Numbered from the stretch's first letter, positions 50,351 to 60,508 are shown. The stretch is DNA of 64,000 bases from an uncultured delta proteobacterium (GCA_963806225.1 CAWDXG010000001.1:992001-1056000), one strand, 5' to 3'. A program made the numbers and translations. The notes: generated from the sequence alone by a model not told the origin.

Positions 50351-51343
50351 ATGCTGGACCTCGAGCGGCTCGAGAAGATCAAGCTGCACCGGCGGCCCGT
50401 CGGCCAGATCCTGATCGGCAACCTGGTGCTCTGGCCCGACTACAACTTCCCGACGCGGCGGACGGAGATCGTGCTCGAGGGAATCGAGAACCTGCCGCGA
50501 CAGGGCGGGGCGTTCCTCGCGATGAACCACACCGACCGGTTCAACTACTTCCCGCTCCAGTACCGCATGTACCGGTTGGGGCTGCCGTTCACGGCCACCT
50601 GGGTAAAAGGCAAGTACTACGAGAACAACGCGATCGGTGCGGCGCTGGATCTCACCAACAACATCCCGCTGCCGTCGCGCGGCTACGTCATCACCACCGA
50701 GTTCCGGAAGGCTACCGGGCGTCCGCCGGACGAGAAAGAATACCGGGTGCTGCGCGATCTCGTCGACGGCAAGCGAGCCGCCGAGGAGCCCCTGGACGCT
50801 GACGCCGGCAGCGAGCTGAAGGAGCTTCTGCACGGCACGACCGGCAGCGCGAAGCAGTTCCTCGAGCACTTCGACAGGCTGTTCGATCGCATGATCCGCC
50901 GCGTCGTCGAGCTCAACCGCCGTGCCATCCGCGATCTCCAGCTCGATGTGCTGGTATTTCCCGAAGGCACCCGCTCGCGGCGGCTCGGCCGCGGTCACAA
51001 CGGCCTGGCGCAGATATCGCAGCACCTGGCGGCCGACGTGATCCCCATCGGTTGCAGCGGCAGCGATCAGCTGTACCCGGGAAGCAAGCCCTTTTCGAGA
51101 GGCGGTCGCGTCGTCTACCGGATCGGCAAGCCGCTCTCGGTGCATGGGCCGGAGCTCGCGCCGTATCGCGTGGAAGACGACGCCCTGCCGTTCACGAGCG
51201 AGGCATCCCGGCGTCACGTCGAGCGCTACGACGGGATCACCCGGGTCGTCATGAGCCACATCAACGATCTGCTGGACCCGGAGTACCAGTATTCCGGCGA
51301 CGAGCCTCTGCAGAGGGCCGGGGGCGTCGACCGCTTCGTCTGA
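50351..51343 (+). CDS. PlsC-like lysophospholipid acyltransferase family protein
   Basis: EGIENLP, motif I variant NHTDRFN, motif III FPEGTRS, VIPIG, YRIGKPL. Confidence 0.8.
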   Translation: MLDLERLEKIKLHRRPVGQILIGNLVLWPDYNFPTRRTEIVLEGIENLPRQGGAFLAMNHTDRFNYFPLQYRMYRLGLPFTATWVKGKYYENNAIGAALDLTNNIPLPSRGYVITTEFRKATGRPPDEKEYRVLRDLVDGKRAAEEPLDADAGSELKELLHGTTGSAKQFLEHFDRLFDRMIRRVVELNRRAIRDLQLDVLVFPEGTRSRRLGRGHNGLAQISQHLAADVIPIGCSGSDQLYPGSKPFSRGGRVVYRIGKPLSVHGPELAPYRVEDDALPFTSEASRRHVERYDGITRVVMSHINDLLDPEYQYSGDEPLQRAGGVDRFV

Positions 51344-51430
51344 GGTGGCGCTCGTCGCCTGGAAATCGTCCCGGGGGCTGGCGGCGTGACGCGGGAGGCC
51401 ATAAAGTAATATCCTCGAACGGGAGGCAGT

Positions 51431-52936
51431 TTGACCGACGCGGTGGATAGCGCAGCTCCGCCGCCTCCGGCGGAACCAGGATACGAAGCGGGCGAGGTTG
51501 TCGCCGGCAGGTTCCGTCTGGTGCGACTGCTCGGCGAGGGTGGCATGGGGTGGGTGTGGGTTGCTCGCGACCTGCAGCTCGACATCGACATCGCCATCAA
51601 GCTCATCCGCAATGATGTGAGCGTGCCCGCTGCGGCCGAGCGCCTGCTGACGGAGGCTCGCGCGCTGGCACGGCTCGAGCATCCCGGCATCGTCCACGTC
51701 ACGGAATTCGGGCGGACCGAGCAGAACGATCCGTTCATCGCGATGGAGCTGCTTGAAGGGGAGGACCTCGGTCAGGTGATCGAGCGCGAGGAGCGGCTTC
51801 TGCCCGTCAAGGCCCTACAGCTGCTGCTGCCGGTTGCCGAGGCGCTCGGGGCGGCGCACGCGCGCGGTATCGTCCATCGCGACCTCAAACCGGACAACGT
51901 CTTCCTGGCACGCGACGACGGCAGGACGCAGCCGAAGCTGATCGACTTCGGCATCGCCAAGCTGGACCTGGAGACCAAGCACACCCAGGCGGGCGTTGCG
52001 CTAGGCAGCCCGGACTACATGGCTCCGGAGCAGGCTCGAGGGCAGCGTGACGTCGACCACCGCGCCGACATCTGGGCGTTCTGCATCCTGATCTACGAGA
52101 CGATCACCGGCCACGTGCCGTTCGAGGACGCCAGCTACAACGCGGTGCTGCGCCACGTGATCGAAAGTCCTATCCCGTCGATATTCGAGCATGGCCTGGA
52201 CATGCCCGAGCTGTGGTCGATCCTCGAGCGAGGGTTCGAGAAGGACCGGGAGCAGCGTTGGCAGAGCATGCGTGAGCTGGGTGTGGCGCTTGCCGGCTGG
52301 CTGATGGACCGCGGAGTCACTGAAGACGTCGTGGGCGCCTCGCTGCGCGTGGTCTGGCTCGAGCCGCCGCGTCGCAGCCTGCTCTCGCTGCAGGAATTCC
52401 AGCTCGGCAGCGGGACCCTGCCGCGCATCGACACGGCCAGCTCGATTCCTCCCATCAGCGAGGTGGGACACGAATCGCCTGCGGTGAGCAAGCGCGGGAA
52501 GGCCGCCCTTGTCGGGTTGGTGGTGTTCCTCTCCGCTGTGCTCGCCTTGCTCGTCCTGACGCATCGCCGCGTTGCCGCAGAGCGCGCGCCGGCCCAGCAG
52601 CATCCAGCGAGCCGGGGCGGCGGCATGCAGGGCGCAGCGCCGGCCGCCCGCGCGGCCGTGCCCACCGCCAAGGTTGCCGAGCTGCCGCCTCCTGTCACCG
52701 ACTCCGCTTCGGCGCGCGGCGCTGCACCTCCGGCGAGCGCCGCGGTCGTCGCACCTCCGCCTCCGACCCCGCGTGGGATTTCGTCGCGCAGGCCCTCCGC
52801 AAGGGCCCACCCGGAGGTCCGCAAGCCCAGCGTCCACGCCCCGGTCCAGAACAGCCCGGGCAAGGTCGCAGAGCCCCCGGCTGCTGCGACTTCCGCACCG
52901 AAACCGCCGCCGGCGCACGAGGATCTCGGGTTCTAG
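51431..52936 (+). CDS. Transmembrane Ser/Thr protein kinase
   Basis: GEGGMGWVW, AIK, HRDLKPDN, DFG, GSPDYMAPE; one TM; Pro/Ala-rich tail ending EDLGF. Confidence 0.93.
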   Translation: MTDAVDSAAPPPPAEPGYEAGEVVAGRFRLVRLLGEGGMGWVWVARDLQLDIDIAIKLIRNDVSVPAAAERLLTEARALARLEHPGIVHVTEFGRTEQNDPFIAMELLEGEDLGQVIEREERLLPVKALQLLLPVAEALGAAHARGIVHRDLKPDNVFLARDDGRTQPKLIDFGIAKLDLETKHTQAGVALGSPDYMAPEQARGQRDVDHRADIWAFCILIYETITGHVPFEDASYNAVLRHVIESPIPSIFEHGLDMPELWSILERGFEKDREQRWQSMRELGVALAGWLMDRGVTEDVVGASLRVVWLEPPRRSLLSLQEFQLGSGTLPRIDTASSIPPISEVGHESPAVSKRGKAALVGLVVFLSAVLALLVLTHRRVAAERAPAQQHPASRGGGMQGAAPAARAAVPTAKVAELPPPVTDSASARGAAPPASAAVVAPPPPTPRGISSRRPSARAHPEVRKPSVHAPVQNSPGKVAEPPAAATSAPKPPPAHEDLGF

Positions 52937-53814
52937 CGCTTCCGCTCCGCCGCGGATCGAGCGATGGAGTCCAGGCGTTGCGCCGCGCGCAGCTGGTCGA
53001 ACCCGGGGGACCTGCCGCGCACTCCAAGCGCCAGGCGGCGAAGCTCTGCAACGTCCAGGGCTTCGACCGAGGCGGCCGCTCGCTCCAACCTGGCAAGCAG
53101 CGCGTCGGTGTAGGCTTGACCGCCTAGCGACAGAAGCTCGATGCAGTAGTCGAACCAGCGGCCCTTGCGTGTCGCGGTGGCGAGCGACAGCGCGGCGCCA
53201 AGCGCCGACTCGATCGTCGCTGGCTCCACATCGCGGCGCGCGCGGGCGTCATCCATGACCGAGGCGAGGTGTGACCGCAGCATCTCTTCGGCCTCGCGTA
53301 TGCGGCCCTTTTCGAGCGATCGCTCTGCAATCACGGACAGCATGAGGATGCCATTGACCTGGCGTGTGCTCACCTCGGGCGCTGACGTGCTGACCGGTTC
53401 ATCCGCGGGAACAACCGGGTCCGCGCCGCTCAGCGTGTCCAGGTTGAGACCGTGGGTGCCGGATGCGTGGCGTTCGTATCCTGCCCCGCTCGTCCGGAAG
53501 GCGAGTTGCGCGTTGCCGATATCGAGGCGGTCCCCGTCGCTCAGCTTCTGTGCCCCGTCCCCAACGCGCTGCCCATTGACGAACACGCCGTTGATGCTGC
53601 CGAGATCGTCGACCGTCGCGCCCTGGTCGGTGACCTCGATACACGCGTGCCGGCGCGACACCAGAGGGTCGTCGAGCACCACGTGACACGCCGCGCTGCG
53701 CCCGATCAAATACCGGCCCGGAACGAGCAGGATCTCCGTGCCCTGGTACGAGAGCCGGACGGGCGTTGGGGCCGTCGGCGCCGACGGAGCATCGTCTGCA
53801 TCGGGACTGGCCAC
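52933..53814 (-). CDS. FHA-domain protein with helical C-terminus
   Basis: IGRS..DDPLVSRRHA..DLGSINGVFVNG..LSDGDRLDIG. Confidence 0.9.
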   Translation of the reverse strand: MASPDADDAPSAPTAPTPVRLSYQGTEILLVPGRYLIGRSAACHVVLDDPLVSRRHACIEVTDQGATVDDLGSINGVFVNGQRVGDGAQKLSDGDRLDIGNAQLAFRTSGAGYERHASGTHGLNLDTLSGADPVVPADEPVSTSAPEVSTRQVNGILMLSVIAERSLEKGRIREAEEMLRSHLASVMDDARARRDVEPATIESALGAALSLATATRKGRWFDYCIELLSLGGQAYTDALLARLERAAASVEALDVAELRRLALGVRGRSPGFDQLRAAQRLDSIARSAAERKR

Positions 53815-53932
53815 TGCTCTTCGTTTCTATCACCGGTTCCCGGCGCACGAAAACGGTCCTTGCCTGTCGCTGTGATTCCGGCGAGTTCCGGAGCACCGGG
53901 TGCGGCGGGGAACAGAAGCGGCGCGCGTCGCG

Positions 53933-54388
53933 CTACTTGCCGGAGCCCGAGCGTACTCCGCTGGTCGGACCGTTGCCCCAGCGCTCGATGACCTTGCGAT
54001 CGGCGTCGGTCAGCCGGGCGTGGGGGTGCATCGGGACGTAGTACCACTCGGGCATGTCGCCCTCGGAGACCTCGTGGCCGGCCTTCCGCTGCTTCTTCGC
54101 ACGTTGCGAGGCGTCGAGCTTGCCCCACTCCGTGAAGTTCAGGTGCTCGCGGCCTTCGCTGACGTCGCTTGCCACGAGCCACGAGACAGGCGCGACGTGG
54201 CTGTACCAGGGCCACACCGTCTTGTTCGAGTGGCAGTCGTAGCAGGCCCGCTGCAGGATGGCGCTCACCTCCGGCGGTGCGTCGATCTCTCCCGCGCTGG
54301 GCGGATTCGTGCCGCCCACGGGAATCAGTTGTGCCAGCCCCAGAAGGGCGATAGTGCCTCCCAGCGCGTACCAGATGCGTCGTTTCAA
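53933..54388 (-). CDS. Haem-binding (Haem_bd-type) monoheme cytochrome c
   Basis: N-terminal anchor ..AQLIP, ACYDCHS, WPWYSHVAPVSW, GREHLNF, distal MP..Y..MH; TTG start with GAGGT RBS. Confidence 0.9.
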   Translation of the reverse strand: MKRRIWYALGGTIALLGLAQLIPVGGTNPPSAGEIDAPPEVSAILQRACYDCHSNKTVWPWYSHVAPVSWLVASDVSEGREHLNFTEWGKLDASQRAKKQRKAGHEVSEGDMPEWYYVPMHPHARLTDADRKVIERWGNGPTSGVRSGSGK

Positions 54389-54598
54389 TGTGACCTCGCC
54401 GATGGAATGGAGGCTGCGCCGGCGCGCAGCGACAGCATGTCCCAGTTGCAAGCCGCCGGTGCAGGGCTCCGTCCCCGACAATGCGCAGGATCTGCGAGGC
54501 GGGCAAGGGGGCTGCGCGTTGTCAGCAGGGTGGCCCCGCCCGACTTGCAGCGGTCCCATAACGCTGTAGCCTGGCCCCGCTCTGGAGAGGTGAATTCC

Positions 54599-55579
54599 AT
54601 GTCCGCGATCATCGACACCGTCCTTCTGCTCGCCCTGCCCGCTTCAGGAAAGTCGGAAATCAGACGCTACCTGTCCCTCGTTCCGCCACACCGCCGCCAG
54701 GAGGAGTTCGGCGTCGGCGATACGGTGCAGCTCGACGATTTCCCCTACGTGCACCTGATGCGAAGCATCGATGACGCCCTCGAGGATCTCGGCAAGAGTC
54801 GGATGTTCTTCAGCGCCGGGGACAAGCCGTTCGAAAACCCCGCGGACTGGGGGACGCTCGTCCAGTTGGTCAACGAGGACTACTCGGATCTGCTCGAGCG
54901 CCGCGCGGAGGAGTCCGGACCGGCTGCGAGGCGTCTGATGGACAGGCTCGACAGAGCCGCGGAACGAGTGGGGATCGCACCACGTCTCGCGGCGCTCGAA
55001 GAACCTCTGCGCGGGAAGCTCGCCGAGCGGATCGAGGGGCTGGCCGACGGACTCCTTCGCGACAAGTTCGATGCCTATCCCGATCGCCTGGATGACAAGA
55101 CCATCGTCGTGGAATTCGCGCGCGGCGGACCGCAGGGTTCGACCCTGCCGTTGCCGGAACCCTATGGCTACGGGCATTCGTTGTCGCTCCTGTCGAAGGA
55201 AATCCTCGAGCGGGCGAGCATCCTGTACGTGTGGGTCACCCCCGAGGAATCGCGCCGCAAGAACGACGCACGCGCCGACCCCGACGATCCGGGCTCGATC
55301 CTGCATCACGGCGTGCCTCTGTCCGTCATGCTGAACGACTACGGATGCGACGACATGGAATGGCTCGAGGAGCACAGCGACCAGCCGGGGACGGTGTCCG
55401 TGGAGGCGCACGGACAGCGCTTCCACCTGCCTCTGGCTCGCTTCGACAACCGCGAGGACAAGACTTCCTTTGTGCGGGAAAACCGCGAAAGCTGGCCCGA
55501 GGAAGCGGTGGACGCACTCCACGCGGAGCTCCGGAAGGCATTCGGCACGCTGCTGTCGCGTAACGCTCCGGTGCGATAA
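54599..55579 (+). CDS. Uncharacterised P-loop (nucleotide-kinase-like) protein
   Basis: LLLALPASGKSE at the N-terminus, VVEFARGG, ILYVWVTPEESRRKNDAR; GAGAGG RBS. Confidence 0.75.
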   Translation: MSAIIDTVLLLALPASGKSEIRRYLSLVPPHRRQEEFGVGDTVQLDDFPYVHLMRSIDDALEDLGKSRMFFSAGDKPFENPADWGTLVQLVNEDYSDLLERRAEESGPAARRLMDRLDRAAERVGIAPRLAALEEPLRGKLAERIEGLADGLLRDKFDAYPDRLDDKTIVVEFARGGPQGSTLPLPEPYGYGHSLSLLSKEILERASILYVWVTPEESRRKNDARADPDDPGSILHHGVPLSVMLNDYGCDDMEWLEEHSDQPGTVSVEAHGQRFHLPLARFDNREDKTSFVRENRESWPEEAVDALHAELRKAFGTLLSRNAPVR

Positions 55580-55663
55580 TTCCGCCTCGGCGCTAGCGGT
55601 GCCCGAGCCGCGCCACATCGAGTATGCTCGGGACGGCCGAAGGCCGACTGCGGGAAAGCAAGG

Positions 55664-56863
55664 ATGGGCGACGACCAGAGCACGGGGCGGACCAGCAGCA
55701 GGCCAGTCACTGTGCCGCCGCGGCCAGCCAGCGTGCCACCGCGCCCGGGCAGCGTGTCGCAACCGTCGCGTCCGCCTCCGCCGCCTTCCCGCCCGCTGCA
55801 GTCGCGGCCACCCCCGCCGCCTTCCCGCAATGGGCCGATCGTGCCGTCGCGTCCGCCTCCGCCGCGCTACGGTCCGGGCGCCGTGTCGCAACCGTCGCGT
55901 CCGCCTCCGCCGCCTTCCCGCCCGCTGCAGTCGCGGCCACCGCCTGCACAGCCACCGCCTGCACAGGGTCCAGTGGCTTCGTCCGCGCCGCCGCGTCCAC
56001 GCGTCCGGCACGACACGCCCACCAGCGTGGCGCCGCCGCCGACCGCGCCCGACAGCCGTCCGCCCGCGTCGGCGCCTGCGACGAAGGGGCCGATCAGCGC
56101 ATTTCCGCACAGCATGCGGCCTGAACCGGAACGCCGTATGGGTGTGCCTTCGGCGCTTTCGTCGCGTCCTCCGCCGCCGCAGGGGACCGACCCGCAGCTC
56201 GAGCAGCTCAGGCGGGTGCTGTCGCGGAAGGAAAGCGAGATCAGAAAGCTCACGACCGAACGCGGATTGTTCCAGGGGCGGATCGCGGAGCGGGATGCCC
56301 GCATCCGCGAGCTCGAGGCGCGTATCGAACAGCTCGGCGACGCCGAACGGCGCATTGCCGACATCGAGACCAAAGCCCGCCGCGAGCGCGAGCGGCTGGA
56401 GGCCCGCATCGCCGAGATGGAGGCGGCGTCCAGGCCCGACGACCCGCGCGTCACCGAGCTCGAGGCAGAGCGCAGGCTGGCGACCGAGCGGAATTCCGGG
56501 CTCGAGGCCCTGCGCAAGCAGGATGCGGAACGGATCGCCGAGCTCGAAGCGCAGTCCCGGACCGATGCCGGCCGGATTGCGGAGCTCGAGCAGGCCAGCC
56601 GCCGCGCGGCGGAGCGCGCCGACGAGCTCGAGGAAACGCTGGCCTGGCAGCCCGAGCCCGAGGATGACCTGAAGCGGATCCAGGGCGTCGGACCTGCGTT
56701 CGAGCGCCGGCTCAAGGCGCTGGGCGTGCGCACGCTCGCCCAGGTGGCGGCCTGGACGCCGGAGCAGCTCGAGGACATCGCGCGGCAGCTGAAGGTGCAG
56801 CCCGCGCGCATCCTGCGTGACGACTGGGTGGGTAGCGCGAAGCGGCTGGCCGGACGCGATTGA
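55664..56863 (+). CDS. Pro-rich / coiled-coil protein with C-terminal helix-hairpin-helix domain (COG3743-like)
   Basis: RIAELE heptads; DDLKRIQGVGPAFERRLKALGVRTLAQVAAWT..RILRDDWVGSAKRL. Confidence 0.85.
   Translation: MGDDQSTGRTSSRPVTVPPRPASVPPRPGSVSQPSRPPPPPSRPLQSRPPPPPSRNGPIVPSRPPPPRYGPGAVSQPSRPPPPPSRPLQSRPPPAQPPPAQGPVASSAPPRPRVRHDTPTSVAPPPTAPDSRPPASAPATKGPISAFPHSMRPEPERRMGVPSALSSRPPPPQGTDPQLEQLRRVLSRKESEIRKLTTERGLFQGRIAERDARIRELEARIEQLGDAERRIADIETKARRERERLEARIAEMEAASRPDDPRVTELEAERRLATERNSGLEALRKQDAERIAELEAQSRTDAGRIAELEQASRRAAERADELEETLAWQPEPEDDLKRIQGVGPAFERRLKALGVRTLAQVAAWTPEQLEDIARQLKVQPARILRDDWVGSAKRLAGRD
55753..55941 (+). repeat. Exact 60-bp direct repeat within the CDS
   Basis: CGTGTCGCAACC...GCGGCCACC at 55753-55812 and 55882-55941 (129-nt period, in frame; encodes VSQPSRPPPPPSRPLQSRP). 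Confidence 0.85.
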
Positions 56864-56902
56864 GCTCTAGTTCGCTCCGAGGACATGCCCTGCGGGGCAT
56901 AC

Positions 56903-58276
56903 TCACTGCTCGAACTTGGCCGCGTCCCTCTGGTGGTAGGCTTCGAGCTTCCGGTATAGCGTCTTGCGGTCGAGCCCCAGCACACGGGCCGCCGCCGCTT
57001 TCCGCCCTCCGACCGCGGCTAGCACCTGCTCCACGTAGCGGCGCTCGATCTCCTCGAGCGGCGCGAGGGCCGAAGGATCGGAACCGACCGCAGGCGGTGT
57101 CGAACCGTGGTGGATCCTGATCCGGTCCGGGAGATCGTCCAGCGTGATGCGGTCATGCGCAGCCAGCGCAACTGCGTGCTCGATGCAGTTTTGCAGCTCG
57201 CGGACGTTTCCGGGCCACGGATACGACATCAGCCGCTCGGCGGTCCGGCTGGTCAGGGCCGTGACCGGTTTGAGCGAAGAGCGTGCATAGACATCCACGA
57301 AGTGCTGCGCGAGCAACAGGATGTCGTTGCCCCGTTCGCGCAGCGGCGGCACCGGGATCTGGATCACGTTGATGCGGTAGAAGAGATCTTCACGGAAACG
57401 ATGCCGCTCGACGGCGATCTCCAGATCGTTGTTGGTGGCCGCGATGATCCGGACATCGATGGGAGTCTCCCGGTCCGCTCCCACGGGTCTGATGCTGCGC
57501 TCCTGCAGCGCGCGCAGCAGCTTGGCCTGGAGCCCGAGGGGCATGTCGCCGATTTCATCGAAGAAGAGCGTGCCGCCGCTGGCGCGCAGGAGGAGGCCGG
57601 CACGATCAGCGCGCGCGTCCGTGAACGCGCCGCGCGCATGCCCGAACATCTCGCTTTCGAGCAGCGGCTCCGGCACGGCCGCGCAGTTGATCGCGACGAG
57701 AGGTGCGTCGCGCCGGCGACTGCGCGCGTGCAACGCCCTGGCGACGTGCTCCTTGCCCGTTCCGGTTTCTCCGGTCACCAGAACGGTGGCGTTCGAGGCG
57801 GCTACACGATCGATCAGCCTGAACAGCGCCTGCATCGGCGGACTTGCGCCGACCATGCCTTCGAAGTCGACCATGGCGGAGCCTGCTTCGCTCAAGCGCG
57901 TGACTTCTTCGCGCAGGGCGTTGCGCTTCGCCGCGCGTTGGAGCGCATGCGTGAGGGCTTCCACGTCGACCGGCTTGGGAATGAAGTCGTAGGCTCCGAC
58001 GCGGATTGCCGCGATGGCCGACTCCAGGCTGCTGAACGCGGTGACGACGATCACGGCGATGCCCGGCTTCTGTTCGAGCAGTCGTTCACACAGCTCGATG
58101 CCGCCGATGTCGGGCATGTTGAGGTCCGTGACCACCGCATCGAATGGCTGGTCTGCCATGCAATCGAGCGCTTCACGCCCTGACCTTGCAGCCGTCGCTT
58201 CGAATCCAACCAGCTCCAGCAGCTCGACAAGCGATCGGGCCGCTACGACATCGTCGTCGACGATGAGAACGTGCAT
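56903..58276 (-). CDS. Sigma54-dependent response regulator (NtrC/AtoC family)
   Basis: LIVDDD..VTDLNMP receiver; [40 protein letters not shown], Fis HTH LGLDRKTLYRKL. Confidence 0.95.
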   Translation of the reverse strand: MHVLIVDDDVVAARSLVELLELVGFEATAARSGREALDCMADQPFDAVVTDLNMPDIGGIELCERLLEQKPGIAVIVVTAFSSLESAIAAIRVGAYDFIPKPVDVEALTHALQRAAKRNALREEVTRLSEAGSAMVDFEGMVGASPPMQALFRLIDRVAASNATVLVTGETGTGKEHVARALHARSRRRDAPLVAINCAAVPEPLLESEMFGHARGAFTDARADRAGLLLRASGGTLFFDEIGDMPLGLQAKLLRALQERSIRPVGADRETPIDVRIIAATNNDLEIAVERHRFREDLFYRINVIQIPVPPLRERGNDILLLAQHFVDVYARSSLKPVTALTSRTAERLMSYPWPGNVRELQNCIEHAVALAAHDRITLDDLPDRIRIHHGSTPPAVGSDPSALAPLEEIERRYVEQVLAAVGGRKAAAARVLGLDRKTLYRKLEAYHQRDAAKFEQ

Positions 58277-58448
58277 GTTTTCCCCCCTGGGGCAGTACGC
58301 CCCATGAGGGCAGAGTAGCACTCCGCCACGTCTTTTGAAGAGCCACATTGCGCGACGCGTTGGCCGGCGGGACGGTCGACGGTCGGCGGTCGGCGTGGCG
58401 AATTTGTGCCCCGGTGCGTGGCAGAGCGTCACGCCGGATTTCGAGGTG

Positions 58449-58973
58449 CTAGCCGCTGCCGCCGAGCGTGAAGTAGGTCGCCCGCCGTCCGGAGCTTGGT
58501 GGCGCCTGATCGAGACACTCGAAACAGAAGACCGGCAGGTCCGGAAAGTCGGGTGCACGGAGCCGATGGCTCGTGCCACACGACGCGCAGAGATCCACAC
58601 CGCGCTCGCCGGGGAGGATCCCAGCGGACCTCAGGTCGCGTCTCGTCAGCACGCCCGATAGCCGGCCTTGTCGCTCGTCCAGCACCGGCAGACAACCGAC
58701 GCCGCACTCGAGCATGATGCTGGCTGCTTGAACGAGAGTGTCGGTCTCGCAGGTCCAGATCACGGGCGACCGCATGTGACGTACGACCAGGGCGCCCGGC
58801 ATCGACTCCGCCAGATCGCACTGGCAGACGACGCCCACCAGCGTCGAGTCGTCCACCACCAGCAGATGATGGACGCCGTGTGCCTCGGTGATGCTCCGGG
58901 CGGCATCGACAGCTGCACGGGCATCGACGAGCACGGGCTTACGGGACATCAGCTCGGAAACAGTACGCTCCAT
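58449..58973 (-). CDS. CBS-pair protein with C-terminal CxxC..CxxC zinc ribbon
   Basis: VSELMS..HHLLVVD..VGVVCQCDL..GCLPVLD..GVLTRRDL; CASC..CFEC. Confidence 0.85.
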   Translation of the reverse strand: MERTVSELMSRKPVLVDARAAVDAARSITEAHGVHHLLVVDDSTLVGVVCQCDLAESMPGALVVRHMRSPVIWTCETDTLVQAASIMLECGVGCLPVLDERQGRLSGVLTRRDLRSAGILPGERGVDLCASCGTSHRLRAPDFPDLPVFCFECLDQAPPSSGRRATYFTLGGSG

Positions 58974-58994
58974 GCCTCTACCCCCCGGCGTGCG

Positions 58995-59462
58995 CTACGG
59001 CACCACCGTGGTCCATGTCACCTCCGCGATCGTATTCCCCTGGATGTAGTCGGTCAGATACTGGATCTCCTGGCGATGCTCCCTCGCCAGTCGCTTGACG
59101 ATGTCCCCGATGGACACGATTCCCGAGAGCCGGCCGTTGCTCATCACGGCCAGCTGCCGGACGCGATGCTCGGTCATCAGGTTCATGCACTCGGCGATGC
59201 CGGTTTCCGGTGAAACGCATACGATTTCGGGCGACATGATCTCGAAAGCGCGTGTCGTCTTCGATGTGCGTCCTTCCAGTGCGACGCGTCGCAGGTAGTG
59301 GCGCTCGGTGAGGATGCCTACCGGGACATCATCGTTTACGACGACGAGCGAGCCCACGTCGTGCTTGACCATTTTCTGGATGGCTTCGTAGACGCTGGCG
59401 TCTTCCTCGATGGTGTAGACCTGGCTCCCCTTCGTGCGAAGGACATCTGCTACGTCGGTCAT
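58995..59462 (-). CDS. CBS-pair protein
   Basis: VADVLRTKG..VGSLVVV..GILTERHY..GIVSIGDIVK..YLTDYI; GGGGAG RBS. Confidence 0.92.
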   Translation of the reverse strand: MTDVADVLRTKGSQVYTIEEDASVYEAIQKMVKHDVGSLVVVNDDVPVGILTERHYLRRVALEGRTSKTTRAFEIMSPEIVCVSPETGIAECMNLMTEHRVRQLAVMSNGRLSGIVSIGDIVKRLAREHRQEIQYLTDYIQGNTIAEVTWTTVVP

Positions 59463-59515
59463 AATTCTCCCCTGGGTGACGCGTCGCGGGACGCGACGAC
59501 ACTCACCTACAAAGG

Positions 59516-59531
59516 AGCACACGGCATGCCA
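59516..59531 (-). promoter_or_regulatory. Putative sigma54 -24/-12 promoter
   Basis: Minus strand TGGCATG-CCGT-GTGCT, 53 nt upstream of the CBS start; same GTGCT -12 variant as at 13883. Confidence 0.7.
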
Positions 59532-59538
59532 AGACCGC

Positions 59539-60408
59539 TCAGATCGGGCGACGCGCCGCGGCATGCACGCTGCGCACGATGCGCGGCAACCCGGCCAGGA
59601 AGATCGCCCCGTCGATCTGCGACACCTGCGCGTTGGAGACGAAGTCGTTCCAGAAGTAGCGGTGCAGGCCGCGCTTCATCAATCGCGCGTAGGCTCCGGC
59701 GCGCTCGGCAGGCGAAACGGTAGCGAGCGCGTCGGCGAGAAACTCGCGCCATTCGCGTTCCGCTGGTTCCGTGATCACGTACGGCGTCGTCACTATCAGC
59801 TCCCGCCCGGGACCGTGTTCGGGCAGGGGCACGAAGCGAGCCAGCCACATCTCGCCCGGCTGTCCGTTGTAGGCGCCGGTGACCATGCGGAGCCCGGGCT
59901 CCTTCTCGACGACCAGCTCCCGGAGCAGAATGCCGTCGTCGCCGTACCCTTCATGCACGTACAGGCCGAGTCGCGATTTCTGCGCGCGCTCGAGCAGTTC
60001 GGTGAGCTCGTTGCGTGCGCCAAGCTCACGCTCGACATCCACCAGCAGCTCGCCGAGCGACCGACGGCGGGGTCCCGCGTAGAAGTCGAAGTACGCCCAC
60101 CACGTGAACGGCGAATCCAGGTTCCGCTTCGACAGAGGCGGCGCGGGCGCATAGCAGCGTTCGGCGTCCTCGATGAGCGTCCGCAGGCGCGCGCATTCGG
60201 GCTCGGCCAGGACGGCCTTGGCCAGCTCCAGCACCCGCAGCATCCCGCTCTGGAAGCGATCGGCCGGCGACGGCAGAGCGGGTCGCATGTTCTCCAGGCG
60301 AAGCGGGGACATGTTCCCCGAGCCGGTGTTCTGCAGCGAAGCGGCCAGGCGTGCCGGCAGCGGACGCCTCGTCCGGGCGCGCGAGCGCGACGAAACCCTC
60401 TCCTCCAT
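59539..60408 (-). CDS. Hypothetical protein
   Basis: Globular-looking sequence (SPFTWWAYFD, SRLGLY, GEMWLARFVP, TTPYVI, YFWNDFV); GGAGGGGG RBS. Confidence 0.7.
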   Translation of the reverse strand: MEERVSSRSRARTRRPLPARLAASLQNTGSGNMSPLRLENMRPALPSPADRFQSGMLRVLELAKAVLAEPECARLRTLIEDAERCYAPAPPLSKRNLDSPFTWWAYFDFYAGPRRRSLGELLVDVERELGARNELTELLERAQKSRLGLYVHEGYGDDGILLRELVVEKEPGLRMVTGAYNGQPGEMWLARFVPLPEHGPGRELIVTTPYVITEPAEREWREFLADALATVSPAERAGAYARLMKRGLHRYFWNDFVSNAQVSQIDGAIFLAGLPRIVRSVHAAARRPI

Positions 60409-60508
60409 TGTTCCCCCTCCTGCTCTCAAGCGGAGCACGCCAAAGGCCTGCTGTCCAGCGAACGGCCCGCGCTCGTCGCGGCGTACCGCTTGACTGTAAT
60501 TGCTTCGC

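Noticed and set aside
55753..55941. CRISPR-like or mobile repeat
   Set aside because: Only two copies, in frame within a Pro-rich coding linker, and no cas genes.
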